A DNA stretch of 64,000 nt from Chitinophaga pinensis (GTDB taxonomy: Bacteria > Bacteroidota > Bacteroidia > UKL13-3), in contig CAMDHZ010000002.1 of the NCBI GenBank assembly GCA_945898275.1, forward strand, positions 5,007 to 69,006, given 5' to 3'. The position numbers and the translations under genes are program-made. Below the pieces are notes generated by a model. That model was not told where the DNA came from. It was given only the letters and a program-made list of their open reading frames with translations, and made no database searches. This document shows, piece after piece, positions 17,740 to 28,471 of this stretch. Each line of letters starts with the position of its first letter. Position 1 is the first letter of the stretch.

Positions 17740-19422
17740 TTAAGGAATAATACCAGTTTCTATTTTTCTAGTTAAAGCTGGAGAATTTCCGCCAAGGGAT
17801 GCCGCTTTCTTCCATTGAATCAAAGCTGCATCCTTCTGACCCAACTTAAATAAAACATCACCATAATGCTCTAAAACTTCTGCACTATTTTCAAAGGATT
17901 TTAAAGATTTCTCGATTTGAACCTTTGCTTGTTCATAATCTCCTTTCATAAATAAAATCCAGCCATAAGTGTCTAAACTTGCTGCATTTGTTGGGTCAAA
18001 AACAAGTGAACGTTTGCTAAGATTCTCAGCTTTATCAAGATCTTTGTTGCGCAAACTTAAGAAGTAAGCGTAATTATTAAGGGCAAGTGAATTATCTGGA
18101 CTCAAAGCCAATACAGCTTCAAAAGCAGAATCACTTAACTCAAACTGATTTGAATGAAAAGCGACATCGCCTAAATTCAACAAAAGACTAATGAGAGATT
18201 CTTCATCCGTTGCAAATGTTATTCCTAACCTAGATGAATTTAAGGACTCCTCAATTTTACCAAGCCTTTTGCAGGCTACTCCAAAATAAATATAGGGCGC
18301 AGGATACTGAGGAAATAGCTCCATCATCCTTTTGCAATCCTCTTTCATCCAATCAAATTTTGAAAGTTGTTGGTCGCAAACTATGATTTGATCCCATGCC
18401 ACAAGTTCTGAAGGATTTACCTCTGTAGCCTTGATGTACCAAATTCTGGCATTTTCAAAATCACTTTGTTGTAAAAACAAATCACCTTTAAATAGATAGG
18501 GTTCGGGATTATTAGCATTTGTTTCTAGGAAAACATCTACCAAAGCATCACACTTTTTTAGGTGGTCTGAACCAAAAACTTTTGAAGGAATTAATATTGA
18601 AAGCATTTTTAACTTGGCATTTGGGTCAACCCTAGAGGCCATACCAAGCTTTACCATTTCATAGTACTTTTCTAAATCATTCTTCGATTTATAATAATCT
18701 GCTAAAGAAAATGCCGCGTATCCATTTTTTGGTTCAACCAGAAGTATTTCTGAATATAATTTAATAGCCTTATCTTGTTGTTTGTAGTTTAAATACAAAT
18801 CTGCTAACATTCCTTTAATCGTTGTATTATCTGGATTATTAGCTACAAATTTTTCCAACTCTTTTATAGCATTTGTAGGCTTGTTTAAAATAAGATAAAG
18901 TTTTTCCTTTTGTAGGGTATAATTTTCGTTTGAACCAAAATACTTTTCAAGCTGGTCATAGGTTTTTACAGCATTAGTATAATCGCCCTTTCTAAGTTGT
19001 AAGTCGGCTTTTAGATTTAAAAAATCTATGTTTTTCGTAAGCTTAAAACTTCTTTCACACTGCGCAATTGCTTCATTTACTTGGCTAGTTTCTTTAAAAC
19101 AATTGATAAGAAATTTTGCATACCACTCATTCTCTGGCGCCAACTTAACCGCCTTTTCAGCATAATTTAGCGCTTCATCTCTCTTTTTGTTTGAATACAA
19201 AACAAAAGCAAGTTGAAAGTTAACATCAGCCGAACTTTGATTAATTGCCAATGCAGCTTTAAAGTGCTTCTCTGCTTCTTCATAATTCTTAATTATCTTT
19301 TCTTTATTGCCATCAAAAAATAGCTTATCAAAAGACAATCGGTCTTTTTCAGACATTGCAGGCTGCGCAAAAGAATGCGCAAATAGTAAAAAAAGAAAGA
19401 GTAAAAAGTTAAATCTTATCAT
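17740..19422 (-). CDS. Tetratricopeptide-repeat protein (secreted/periplasmic)
   Basis: Multiple TPR motifs throughout. The ORF opens with TTG at 19455; the first ATG at 19422 gives the signal peptide MIRFNFLLFLFLLFAHSFAQ. Confidence 0.7.
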   Translation of the reverse strand: MIRFNFLLFLFLLFAHSFAQPAMSEKDRLSFDKLFFDGNKEKIIKNYEEAEKHFKAALAINQSSADVNFQLAFVLYSNKKRDEALNYAEKAVKLAPENEWYAKFLINCFKETSQVNEAIAQCERSFKLTKNIDFLNLKADLQLRKGDYTNAVKTYDQLEKYFGSNENYTLQKEKLYLILNKPTNAIKELEKFVANNPDNTTIKGMLADLYLNYKQQDKAIKLYSEILLVEPKNGYAAFSLADYYKSKNDLEKYYEMVKLGMASRVDPNAKLKMLSILIPSKVFGSDHLKKCDALVDVFLETNANNPEPYLFKGDLFLQQSDFENARIWYIKATEVNPSELVAWDQIIVCDQQLSKFDWMKEDCKRMMELFPQYPAPYIYFGVACKRLGKIEESLNSSRLGITFATDEESLISLLLNLGDVAFHSNQFELSDSAFEAVLALSPDNSLALNNYAYFLSLRNKDLDKAENLSKRSLVFDPTNAASLDTYGWILFMKGDYEQAKVQIEKSLKSFENSAEVLEHYGDVLFKLGQKDAALIQWKKAASLGGNSPALTRKIETGIIP

Positions 19423-19466
19423 AGCCTTAAAATCATTGCATATCAAACGCAACAACTGGGCATAAA

Positions 19467-20477
19467 TTACTGAATTGTAGTGAAATCGCCAACACTCAAA
19501 TCTTTAGCTTCACCATTATAAACAACAAAGCTTCCAATCATGGCATTGTCTATGTTAGCATTGCTAATTTTGGTATTGGATTGAATAATGCAATTTCCAA
19601 CAATTGAATTTTCTATCACGCAATTATCAGCAATAGTAGCATTTGGACCAATAACGCTTCGTGTAATTTTAACATTCTTTCCAATCAAACTTGGTTGAAT
19701 AATTTGAGAGCTTACTGTTTCAACAGAATCATCCACCATAACTTGACCAGCTTCGTTCATAAAATGTAAAATACGAGAGTTGGTGTAAACTGTAGAATTC
19801 TTATTTCCACAATCCAACCATTCTGTAACTTTACCTGGTTCAAACTTTAAACCCTTTGCCTTCATATTTTCTAAGGCATTGGTAAGCTGATATTCACCTT
19901 TTTCACGAACATCATTATCTAACAAATACTGCAATTCTGAACGTAAATTCAAACCATCTTTGAAATAATAAATACCAATAATGGCTAAGTCAGAAACAAA
20001 ATGCTCAGGTTTTTCAACAAAATCTGTGATTACATTATTTTCATTAACCTTCACCACTCCAAAAGGCTTGGGATCATCAACTTTTTGAACCCAAATGATG
20101 CCATCCTTACTGCGGTCTAAAGTAAAATCAGCTTTAAATAGCGTATCAGCAAAAACAACTAATACATTTCCATCCAAACTTTCTTTGGCACACATAATTG
20201 CATGAGCAGTGCCTAAGGGCTCATGTTGATAGTAAATAGAACCTTTGGCACCTAGTTTTTCAGCCACAGCAATTAGCTGTTTTTCAACAGCCTCGCCAAA
20301 GGTTGGCCCAATGATATAGGCAACTTCTTCTATGCCAGTTCCACAGACTTTTTCTAAATCTTCAATAATTTTCTGAACAATTGGTTTTCCAGCAACTGGA
20401 ATTAATGGTTTAGGAACAGTTAAAGTATGAGGGCGCATACGCTTTCCCATACCAGCCATAGGAACTATAATTTTCAT
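19467..20477 (-). CDS. Sugar-phosphate nucleotidyltransferase with C-terminal left-handed beta-helix
   Basis: 336 aa. N-terminal MKIIVPMAGMGKRMRPHTLTVPKPLIPVAGKPIV (G-x-G-x-R nucleotidyltransferase motif). The C-terminal hexapeptide-repeat-like region is NVKITRSVIGPNATIADNCVIENSIVGNCII. Confidence 0.7.
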   Translation of the reverse strand: MKIIVPMAGMGKRMRPHTLTVPKPLIPVAGKPIVQKIIEDLEKVCGTGIEEVAYIIGPTFGEAVEKQLIAVAEKLGAKGSIYYQHEPLGTAHAIMCAKESLDGNVLVVFADTLFKADFTLDRSKDGIIWVQKVDDPKPFGVVKVNENNVITDFVEKPEHFVSDLAIIGIYYFKDGLNLRSELQYLLDNDVREKGEYQLTNALENMKAKGLKFEPGKVTEWLDCGNKNSTVYTNSRILHFMNEAGQVMVDDSVETVSSQIIQPSLIGKNVKITRSVIGPNATIADNCVIENSIVGNCIIQSNTKISNANIDNAMIGSFVVYNGEAKDLSVGDFTTIQ

Positions 20478-20542
20478 CTTAATAACAGATTTTGCGCAAC
20501 CTAATACAAACTGCTAAAATTTCAAAACCTCTTCAACCTATT

Positions 20543-20977
20543 TTATTTTCCTGTGCTTCCATATCCGCCATCTCCTCTTTCAGTATCGCTTAGTTTTTCA
20601 GTTAATTGCCACTGAATCAATTCATGACGAGCAAGAATCATTTGGGCAATTCTTTCTCCATTTGTAATTTCAAATTCTGCTTGTCCTAAGTTAATTAACA
20701 ATACCTTAATCTCTCCTCTATAATCAGCATCAATGGTTCCAGGACTGTTTAACACTGTAATTCCATGCTTCAAGGCAAGGCCGCTTCTGGGTCTAATTTG
20801 AATTTCATAACCAACTGGAATCTCAAGATACAAGCCAGTTGGAACCAAAGCTCTTTCCATTGGCTTTAATATTATTGGTTCAAGCAAAAACGCTGAAATA
20901 TCTAAACCAGCAGCATGTATGGTTTGATAATTTGGAAGTTTAGAATCACTTTTATTAATTACTTTAACTTGAATCAT
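20543..20977 (-). CDS. dut: dUTP diphosphatase
   Basis: 144 aa. dUTPase motifs [15 protein letters not shown] and [10 protein letters not shown]. The ATG overlaps the upstream stop (TAATG). Confidence 0.9.
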   Translation of the reverse strand: MIQVKVINKSDSKLPNYQTIHAAGLDISAFLLEPIILKPMERALVPTGLYLEIPVGYEIQIRPRSGLALKHGITVLNSPGTIDADYRGEIKVLLINLGQAEFEITNGERIAQMILARHELIQWQLTEKLSDTERGDGGYGSTGK

Positions 20978-22452
20978 TACTTTTTCTTTAAGATTCCTCT
21001 GATGGATTTTCCTTCAAAAGTATAGGCGACAAGGATGAATACAAAGAGCAAAACAATTCGAATCAACCCATTAATCAGTGGTTTAATTTCAAGATTTGTA
21101 TCCGTCCATCTTACTAAAAAATAAAAGGAAATGGACAAAACTGTATAGGTTAAAATTCTTCCAAGGTTATAGGGAACAGGGAAATATTTTTGACCCCAAA
21201 CATAGCCAATGATAAGCATGGTTAAATAACAAATAAATGTGGTAATTGCACAGCCCATATAACCATAAATAGGAACCAATAATATATTAAGAATTATAGT
21301 AATGGCAGCACCAATCATTGATATTTGGGCTCCCTTTTTGGTTTGATCTGTTAACTTATACCAAATAGAAACGTTGTAATACATGCCCAGAAATATATTT
21401 GCCCATAATAAGATTGGAACAATAAATAAGCCTTCATGAAATTTTACATCAATAAACCTTTTGAAAATATCCATGTAAAAGGTAACAACTAAGAAGATGA
21501 ACATACAAAGCCAAGCAAAATAATTCATCACTCTGGCATATAATTCACGTTTATCAGTTTGCTTAGCATGTGCAAAAAAGAAAGGTTCAGCTGCGTATTT
21601 ATAAGCCTGAATAAAAAGCGTGATAATTATCGAAAGTTTGTAATTAGCTGAATAAATGCCATTCATAGACATGGCCTCAATGGGGTCATGCCATAAATAT
21701 TTTATAATTGTTCTGTCGAGTGTTTCATTAACCATACCCGCTAAACCAACCCAAATCATTGGGGTGGCATAAGAAATCATTTTTGTATATAAGTTTGGGT
21801 CAAACCTAAAACCAACAAGCCTGATCTCTTTCATTAACAATAGTAAAGTAAATGAGCTTGCCGTTAAATTTGCTATGAAGACAGCATTGATTCCTAACCC
21901 TTCTTTCCAAAAAATTAAATTGACCCCAAAATGCGATTTGCAATATGGTCCTGCTACTAATAAATAGAGGGTTATAAGAATATTCAATAAAATATTTAGG
22001 TTCTTTATGACAGCAAACTTTAGGGCGCTATTTTGCTGCCGCAATAAGGCAAAAGGAATAGCTGCCAGCGCATCTGTAATAAGTATCCCAGCAGAGAAAT
22101 ATAAAAACTCGGGGTTATCCCCAAACCCAATTACCTTAGAAATCGTATTTCCAAAAAACAAGATAAATAAACCAAACAAAAAGGAGATAAAAGCAACTGA
22201 AAAGAAGGCATTTGCATACACTTGTTTTTCACCAGAATCTTGTGAAAACTTGAAGAAAGTGGTTTCCATTCCATGAGTGAGGAGAATATTTATAAAGGAA
22301 ATGTAACCATAAAATTCTGCGTTAGCGCCAAATTCGGCTTGAGAAAAAACCCTGGTCAAAATAGGGACTAATAAATAATTTATCAACCTCCCAACGATGC
22401 TGCTTAGGCCATAAATAGCAGTATCACCAACTAATTTTTTTATTGCGCTCAC
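20977..22452 (-). CDS. Polysaccharide biosynthesis / oligosaccharide flippase family (Wzx/MOP-like) membrane protein
   Basis: 491 aa with about 12-14 TM helices. Typical Bacteroidota partner of dut. GTG start at 22452. Confidence 0.65.
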   Translation of the reverse strand: MSAIKKLVGDTAIYGLSSIVGRLINYLLVPILTRVFSQAEFGANAEFYGYISFINILLTHGMETTFFKFSQDSGEKQVYANAFFSVAFISFLFGLFILFFGNTISKVIGFGDNPEFLYFSAGILITDALAAIPFALLRQQNSALKFAVIKNLNILLNILITLYLLVAGPYCKSHFGVNLIFWKEGLGINAVFIANLTASSFTLLLLMKEIRLVGFRFDPNLYTKMISYATPMIWVGLAGMVNETLDRTIIKYLWHDPIEAMSMNGIYSANYKLSIIITLFIQAYKYAAEPFFFAHAKQTDKRELYARVMNYFAWLCMFIFLVVTFYMDIFKRFIDVKFHEGLFIVPILLWANIFLGMYYNVSIWYKLTDQTKKGAQISMIGAAITIILNILLVPIYGYMGCAITTFICYLTMLIIGYVWGQKYFPVPYNLGRILTYTVLSISFYFLVRWTDTNLEIKPLINGLIRIVLLFVFILVAYTFEGKSIRGILKKK

Positions 22453-22546
22453 TTAATAAGAGTATAATTGCAAAGAACAATAAAAACATTAAAAAAACTC
22501 AGTTTTATCGGCATTGTTATTTATTAGTTAATTTTGTTTGAACCAA

Positions 22547-24355
22547 ATGCAACGTAAACTCACAATATTTATATTAATTCTGTTCTCTCACTTTTTAGCT
22601 TTGGCTCAAAAAGTAGATGAAGAATTGGCTGCGCAATTCCTGGCAAATAAAGAGTATGTTAAGGCGTCAGATAAGTATGAAAAATTATTAGGGTCGAACC
22701 CAAAGTCTATTTATTTTTATGACAACTTATTGAAATCCTATATAGGATTGCAGGATTACAACGCTGCACAGAAATTGATAAGAAAGCAAATAAAGCGCTT
22801 TGAAGGAAACTACTATTATGCAGTTGATGAAGGATACCTTTATCAACTTCAGGGTTTAAGTGAAAAAGCCAATCAAACTTATCAAAAATTGATTCAAAAT
22901 TTACCCTTAAGTGAGGAAAAGATTTTTGAGCTTGCAAGAGCTTTTGAAAAAAGAAAACAACTTAGTTTGGCCATTGAATCGTTTTCGAAAGGAAGGAAAA
23001 ATCTAAAATCAGAGCAACTATTTGCCAATGAGTTGGCAGGCCTTTACTTGGATTTGGGTGACAAAAAGAACTTTATTGAAGAATTGCTAAATTCTTTGAT
23101 TGTTTCAGAACAACATTTGGAAGAAGTTGAAGGGTTGTTTCAAAACAACATCGAAACAAAGGAAGAATATGAGTTGCTCAAAAGCAATTTGAACAAAAAA
23201 CTCAAACAATTTCCAGATAAAAATTGCTTTCAAGAATTAATGATTTGGTTTCATGTACAAAGAAGCGAATATGAACTAGCTTCAATTTACGCAAAATCTT
23301 TGGACAAAAAATACAAAGAAGACGGCAGAAGATTATTAGAACTTGGCTTTTTAGCTAGCAGTAATGAAAGATATGATGCAGCAATTTCCATTTACAAACA
23401 AGTACAAAACTTAGGTAAGGAAAAACCTTATTACAATTATTCAAAAAGTAGCGAATTAGAGGCAAGAACTAAAAAACTAGTTCAAGGAAATTATACTAAT
23501 GAAGATTTATTAATACTTGAAAATGAGTATAAATTAACCATAAATGAAATGGGCATTAATCCTATAAATGCGGCCACTATTAAGCTTCTGGCAAATCTTC
23601 AAGCCTTTCACTTACGTAAATATGAGGAGGCTATAGTTAATTATCAAACGATACTTAATATGCCCAGAACAGATAGATATTTACAAGCTCAAGTTAAATT
23701 AGAACTTGGCGATTTGTACCTATTAAAAAATGAAATTTGGGAATCGATGTTGCTTTATGGACAGGTTGATAAAGACTTTTTAGAAGAACCTATTGGCCAG
23801 GAGGCTAAATTTAGAAATGCAAAACTTAGTTATTTTCTTGGAGAATTTGATTGGGCAAAAGCACAATTGGATGTCCTAAAAACTGCAACCACACAGCTTA
23901 TTTCTAATAATGCCATCGAATTGAGCTTGATTATTCAAGATAATACTATTGATAGCAATGAGACAGAGCCGCTAGCCTTGTTTGCAAAAGCCGATTTAAA
24001 CCTAACCCAGAACAATTTGGTTCAAGCCAAAAGCTTGCTGGATAGTTTACAACAGCTATATCCAAAATCTGGATTAATGGATGATATTGCTTACAAAAGA
24101 GCAGAAATTTCCATGAAAATGAAAAATTATGAAGAAGCAGCAAAGTATTTTTCAGCAGTTTTCACAGAATTTGGCAGTGATATTTTAGGTGACAATGCCT
24201 TATATCAATTAGCCCTAATTCAGCAACATAAGCTAAATAATAAAGAGGAGGCTTTAAAAAGCTACGAAAAATTTATCGCGTCCTATTCTAGTAGTTTTTT
24301 CCTAAATGATTGCAATAAACAATACAGAATCTTAAGAGGAGATCAAATCAATTAA
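22547..24355 (+). CDS. TPR-like repeat protein with signal peptide
   Basis: Signal peptide MQRKLTIFILILFSHFLALAQ from the first ATG at 22547; the ORF track's 22538 is a TTG. Helical repeat content throughout. Confidence 0.6.
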   Translation: MQRKLTIFILILFSHFLALAQKVDEELAAQFLANKEYVKASDKYEKLLGSNPKSIYFYDNLLKSYIGLQDYNAAQKLIRKQIKRFEGNYYYAVDEGYLYQLQGLSEKANQTYQKLIQNLPLSEEKIFELARAFEKRKQLSLAIESFSKGRKNLKSEQLFANELAGLYLDLGDKKNFIEELLNSLIVSEQHLEEVEGLFQNNIETKEEYELLKSNLNKKLKQFPDKNCFQELMIWFHVQRSEYELASIYAKSLDKKYKEDGRRLLELGFLASSNERYDAAISIYKQVQNLGKEKPYYNYSKSSELEARTKKLVQGNYTNEDLLILENEYKLTINEMGINPINAATIKLLANLQAFHLRKYEEAIVNYQTILNMPRTDRYLQAQVKLELGDLYLLKNEIWESMLLYGQVDKDFLEEPIGQEAKFRNAKLSYFLGEFDWAKAQLDVLKTATTQLISNNAIELSLIIQDNTIDSNETEPLALFAKADLNLTQNNLVQAKSLLDSLQQLYPKSGLMDDIAYKRAEISMKMKNYEEAAKYFSAVFTEFGSDILGDNALYQLALIQQHKLNNKEEALKSYEKFIASYSSSFFLNDCNKQYRILRGDQIN

Positions 24356-24358
24356 TTT

Positions 24359-24667
24359 ATGATAGTTTATAATGTTACGATAAATGTGGAAGATGAAATT
24401 CATGAACAATGGCTTTCTTGGATGAAAAGCGAACATCTGCCTCAAGTAATGGCAACTGGTATGTTTGAAAACTATAAAATGATGCGACTAATAAGTCGTC
24501 AAGAGGATGAGACAGGACAAACCTATGCCATTCAATATTATTGCAAAGACACGGAGACTTATGAGGCTTACCAACAAAATTTCGCGCCGGCTTTACAAGC
24601 TGAAACACGAAAGAAATTTGATGGAAAATTTATTGCATTTAGAACCTTGCTAGAAATGTGTGAATAA
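24359..24667 (+). CDS. DUF4286-like small protein
   Basis: 102 aa. MIVYNVTINVEDEIHEQWLSWMKSEHLPQVMATGMF resembles the DUF4286 family. 3-nt gap from the upstream gene. Confidence 0.45.
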   Translation: MIVYNVTINVEDEIHEQWLSWMKSEHLPQVMATGMFENYKMMRLISRQEDETGQTYAIQYYCKDTETYEAYQQNFAPALQAETRKKFDGKFIAFRTLLEMCE

Positions 24668-24873
24668 TCGCCATTCACATAAATTATACACTATTTATCA
24701 GTAAAATTTAGCTGTTTATATAGTTTTTTGCTTCCGTTACAAAAGTTATATGATTGATTATCATAAAACTAAAAAAATAACAGTAAGACTCACCACTTAA
24801 ATGGTTTTTATGGCAATTCAAATAACTATTTTTGAAGAAGTTATTTGTTAAAGGCATTAAAAATTCTTAAATC

Positions 24874-26022
24874 ATGGCCTCATTTTTACTCTTCTTTTTT
24901 CAAATAGGTTTGGCATTATATACAATATTAATTCTGGGGTTGATATTGATATATCTAATAAAGAACCTTATCTATAGAGAAGCTATTGTATCTTTACCAG
25001 AGAAGGAGCTTCATGAAAAACAACTAGCAATTGTATTTTACAATTTTGCAAATGAAAAAGAGATTGTTGCACGTATTCAAGAGCTCCAAAATCAAAACTA
25101 TTTTAATTATACAGCATACTTTTTTATTAAAACTCCAATTATTGAAACAAACAATTTAAAGAATATCAAAATTATAAGGCCGATTCAAAGCCGGCTGACA
25201 GGATTGAATTTCTTAGAAATTGTAAAACCTTATATAGAAAAGACGCCCGATGCTGTAATTGCCATAAAAAGCGATTCTTGCATCTCAAAGGATTATCTAA
25301 ATTGTATGAACCTAAATTTGATGAAAGGCAAAAAAGTGGTTCAATCTCAAGTAATTATTGATGGTAATAATGAAAGTTTAGGCGTATATCAAAAATTTGC
25401 TACAGAAGTTTTGAACCTAATTGATAGAGAGGCTCCAAATGCTTTAGGTATTTCTGCAGCCATCTGGGAACAAGGATTTATGATGCAATACCAGATATTT
25501 AAAGAAATAAACTTTCAACTAATTGCGGGTAATGATAAGTTGCTACAAGCAGAAATAATAAGTAGGTCCATCAAGATTGATTACGATGCAACAGCCAGGA
25601 TTTTGGGAAAAACACTCAAAAAAGAGCACTATAAAATTAAAAAGCAATTACATTTAAAAATGTATTTTCATAATATTCAGCTTGGGTTCAAGCTATTAAA
25701 AGAAGGAATAAAACACCCTAATATAGACAAAATTGTATTTGGCATGAATTACTTAAGACCTCCAGTTTATATAGCCTTAGCCTCGTCTTTACTACTTTTC
25801 TTTCTAAACGTATTACAAGATGAAAAAACTAGCACTTTCAATCTAATTGCAGGTTTTGGCATTCTAAGCTGTATCTTAGTTTTACTAAAAGGGCAAACGT
25901 TTATAAATATTGTAAATCAAATAAACAATTCCAATAATAGTTTTAGGTTGAACCAAAAAAGACATGATCATAAAGGTTCTTTTAACTATGCAGACCAAAA
26001 CTTACACAAAAACCTAGGTTAA
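24874..26022 (+). CDS. Membrane protein of unknown function (N-terminal TM, central soluble domain, C-terminal TM pair)
   Basis: 382 aa. The TM/soluble/TM topology is reminiscent of membrane GT2-like proteins, but no DxD or QxxRW motif was found. Confidence 0.35.
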   Translation: MASFLLFFFQIGLALYTILILGLILIYLIKNLIYREAIVSLPEKELHEKQLAIVFYNFANEKEIVARIQELQNQNYFNYTAYFFIKTPIIETNNLKNIKIIRPIQSRLTGLNFLEIVKPYIEKTPDAVIAIKSDSCISKDYLNCMNLNLMKGKKVVQSQVIIDGNNESLGVYQKFATEVLNLIDREAPNALGISAAIWEQGFMMQYQIFKEINFQLIAGNDKLLQAEIISRSIKIDYDATARILGKTLKKEHYKIKKQLHLKMYFHNIQLGFKLLKEGIKHPNIDKIVFGMNYLRPPVYIALASSLLLFFLNVLQDEKTSTFNLIAGFGILSCILVLLKGQTFINIVNQINNSNNSFRLNQKRHDHKGSFNYADQNLHKNLG

Positions 26023-26071
26023 GATATACTTTAAAAAAGTAATCGTTAAAAGTCAATATTGAATGAAATTA

Positions 26072-27547
26072 TTAGATTTCCTTTCTTAAGCGGGCAACAG
26101 GAATATTCATTTGTTCTCGGTATTTAGCCACGGTTCTACGTGCAATATTGTAACCTTTTTCTTTTAGAATATCCATCAACCTTTCATCTGGGAGAGGTTT
26201 TGACTTATCTTCTGATTCAATGGCGTCTTTAAGAATTTTCTTAACTTCTCTACTACTTACTTCCTCGCCATCATCCGTTTGAATTCCTTCACTGAAAAAA
26301 AACTTCAAAGCAAAAGTGCCATATTGTGTTTGTACATACTTGCTATTTGCCACCCTACTAATGGTTGAAATATCTAAACCAGTAATTTCGGCAATATCTT
26401 TTAAAATCATTGGTCGAAGAAAAGTTTCATCTCCTTCTTCAAAAAACCTATACTGAAATTTTAAAATAGCATTCATTGTACCTAAAAGCGTTTGGTGCCT
26501 TTGTCTAATGCTATCTATAAACCACCTTGCGCCATCCAATTTTTGTTTGATAAACTGAGCAGTTTCCTTTTGTTCACGGGTAGGAGTTTTTGCTTCATCA
26601 AATCCTTTTAAGGTTTCTAAGTAACTTCTACTTATTCGCAAATCTGGTGCATTTCTAGAATTTAAATGAACCACAAATTTATCTCCTTCTTCAATTAAGA
26701 TAAAATCAGGCGTAATATATTGAGTAGCGGTGGTATCAATTGATTCACCTGGCTTAGGATTTAATTTTGTGATAACTTGAATACTCAGCTTTAGCTCTTC
26801 TTCAGAAATCTTTAATTGTTTTGAAAGCTTATCATAGTGCTTTTTAATAAAATCATCAAAATGCTCACTTAAGATAGACGCAGCAATACTTACAGGTAAA
26901 ATTTTCTGGTCTTTTCTTTTTAACTGCAACAATAGACATTCTTGCAACGAAGTTGCTCCAATTCCAGCAGGATCTAGATTTTGAATTTTATTCAGGATTT
27001 TGCTTAAGTCATTGGCAGAAGTATCTACATTCATAGAAAAAGCCAAATCATTGCCAATAGCGGCTAAAGGTCTACGCAAATATCCGTCATCGTCTATAGA
27101 ACCAATAATTTGGTTACCAATAATCAATTCTCTTTCATCCTCTGCTATTGCCGAGAACTGCTCCATTAATTCTTCATGGAAAGAATTAGCTTCTACAATT
27201 GGTCTTTCTTTTCGCTCTTCATCACCTTCATCACTCAAATGAAAACCATCAGGATCATATTCGTCGTTGACATATTCCTTTACATCAAAAGTCTCTTCTT
27301 TTAAAAAATCATCGACATTTAAATCAGAGGCTTCATCAGTTGTGGCCAATTCAGACTCTTTGATTGGATCAGTTTCACCAGGGGCGGCATCTGTATCTTC
27401 GGCCTTTAAAAGAGCAGGATTCTCTATGAGTTCTTGGTCAATTCTCTGCAGAATATCAACAGAATTCAACTGCAACAATTTTATAAATTGAATTTGTTGC
27501 GGAGATAACTTTTGCGTTTGAGTTTGCTGTAGGCCTTGTTTTAACAT
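26072..27547 (-). CDS. rpoN: RNA polymerase sigma-54 factor
   Basis: RpoN box ARRTVAKYREQMNIPVARLRK at the C-terminus, and a Gln-rich N-terminus MLKQGLQQTQTQKLSPQQ. First ATG at 27547; the ORF track start at 27559 is a TTG. Confidence 0.9.
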   Translation of the reverse strand: MLKQGLQQTQTQKLSPQQIQFIKLLQLNSVDILQRIDQELIENPALLKAEDTDAAPGETDPIKESELATTDEASDLNVDDFLKEETFDVKEYVNDEYDPDGFHLSDEGDEERKERPIVEANSFHEELMEQFSAIAEDERELIIGNQIIGSIDDDGYLRRPLAAIGNDLAFSMNVDTSANDLSKILNKIQNLDPAGIGATSLQECLLLQLKRKDQKILPVSIAASILSEHFDDFIKKHYDKLSKQLKISEEELKLSIQVITKLNPKPGESIDTTATQYITPDFILIEEGDKFVVHLNSRNAPDLRISRSYLETLKGFDEAKTPTREQKETAQFIKQKLDGARWFIDSIRQRHQTLLGTMNAILKFQYRFFEEGDETFLRPMILKDIAEITGLDISTISRVANSKYVQTQYGTFALKFFFSEGIQTDDGEEVSSREVKKILKDAIESEDKSKPLPDERLMDILKEKGYNIARRTVAKYREQMNIPVARLRKEI

Positions 27548-27574
27548 GTGCTGATGCAAAATTAAGAAAAAACC

Positions 27575-28294
27575 TTAATCATAGCGCTCAAAATGGATAT
27601 GTTCTTTTGGGTAACCCAGTAAAGCAAGCCGCTCTCTAGCTTCCTTTAACATTGCACTCCAGCCACATATGAAAAATTCTGCTGGTCTTTTGTTGGAAAA
27701 AATATCCTCATAAACCTGATGTACATAACCAATTCTGCCATTCCAAGTTTCTGATGTCTCCCTTGATAGCACAGGAATAAAATGAACAGACTTATGTTTT
27801 TCTGTTAATTCTACCATTTCTTCATAGTATAAAAGGTCGTCTTTTGTGCGGGCACCAAAAACAAAATAAATTCTATGGTGCTGGATTTTGTTATTAATAA
27901 TGTGCCACAACATGCTTCGTAATGGTGCTATTCCAGTGCCTGTGCAGATGAAACATAAATCATGATGAATGTATTCTGGTAAAACAAATTTGCCAATAGG
28001 ACCAGCACACATAACCTTACTTCCTACTTCAAAATTATCCCAAATAAATGGAGTTCCAGCCCCAGGTGGATTAAGTACAATAATTAATTCAAACTGATTT
28101 GAACCATCAGGCGTAGAAGCTATACTATATGACCGATAGGGAATCTTTGCATTTATATCAAGTTGAAGCATAACAAACTGACCTGCTTTATATTCAAATT
28201 TATCCTTCGCAACAACACTAAAAAAATATCTTCTGGTAGTAGAAGTTTCATTAATTATTTTCACAATTTCAGTTTCAAAAAAGGTTTGCTTCAT
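27575..28294 (-). CDS. FNR-family FAD/NAD(P)-binding oxidoreductase (ferredoxin-NADP reductase-like)
   Basis: 239 aa. FAD-binding RSYSIAS motif and an NAD-binding GTGIAP-like motif (CTGTGIAPLRSM). Confidence 0.65.
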   Translation of the reverse strand: MKQTFFETEIVKIINETSTTRRYFFSVVAKDKFEYKAGQFVMLQLDINAKIPYRSYSIASTPDGSNQFELIIVLNPPGAGTPFIWDNFEVGSKVMCAGPIGKFVLPEYIHHDLCFICTGTGIAPLRSMLWHIINNKIQHHRIYFVFGARTKDDLLYYEEMVELTEKHKSVHFIPVLSRETSETWNGRIGYVHQVYEDIFSNKRPAEFFICGWSAMLKEARERLALLGYPKEHIHFERYD

Positions 28295-28471
28295 AACTTT
28301 AATTTTAGATTAGAGTAAAACCAAATGTAATCATTTTACAGTTTAGATAAACAGGAAAAAAAACTTGGTTCAAACCATTTAAATGAAACAAACAATAAAA
28401 AAAAGGAATCTTGGTTAGTTTAAGTAAAAATTAAGGGATTAATCAAATCTCAATTGTTAAATTGCACACTT

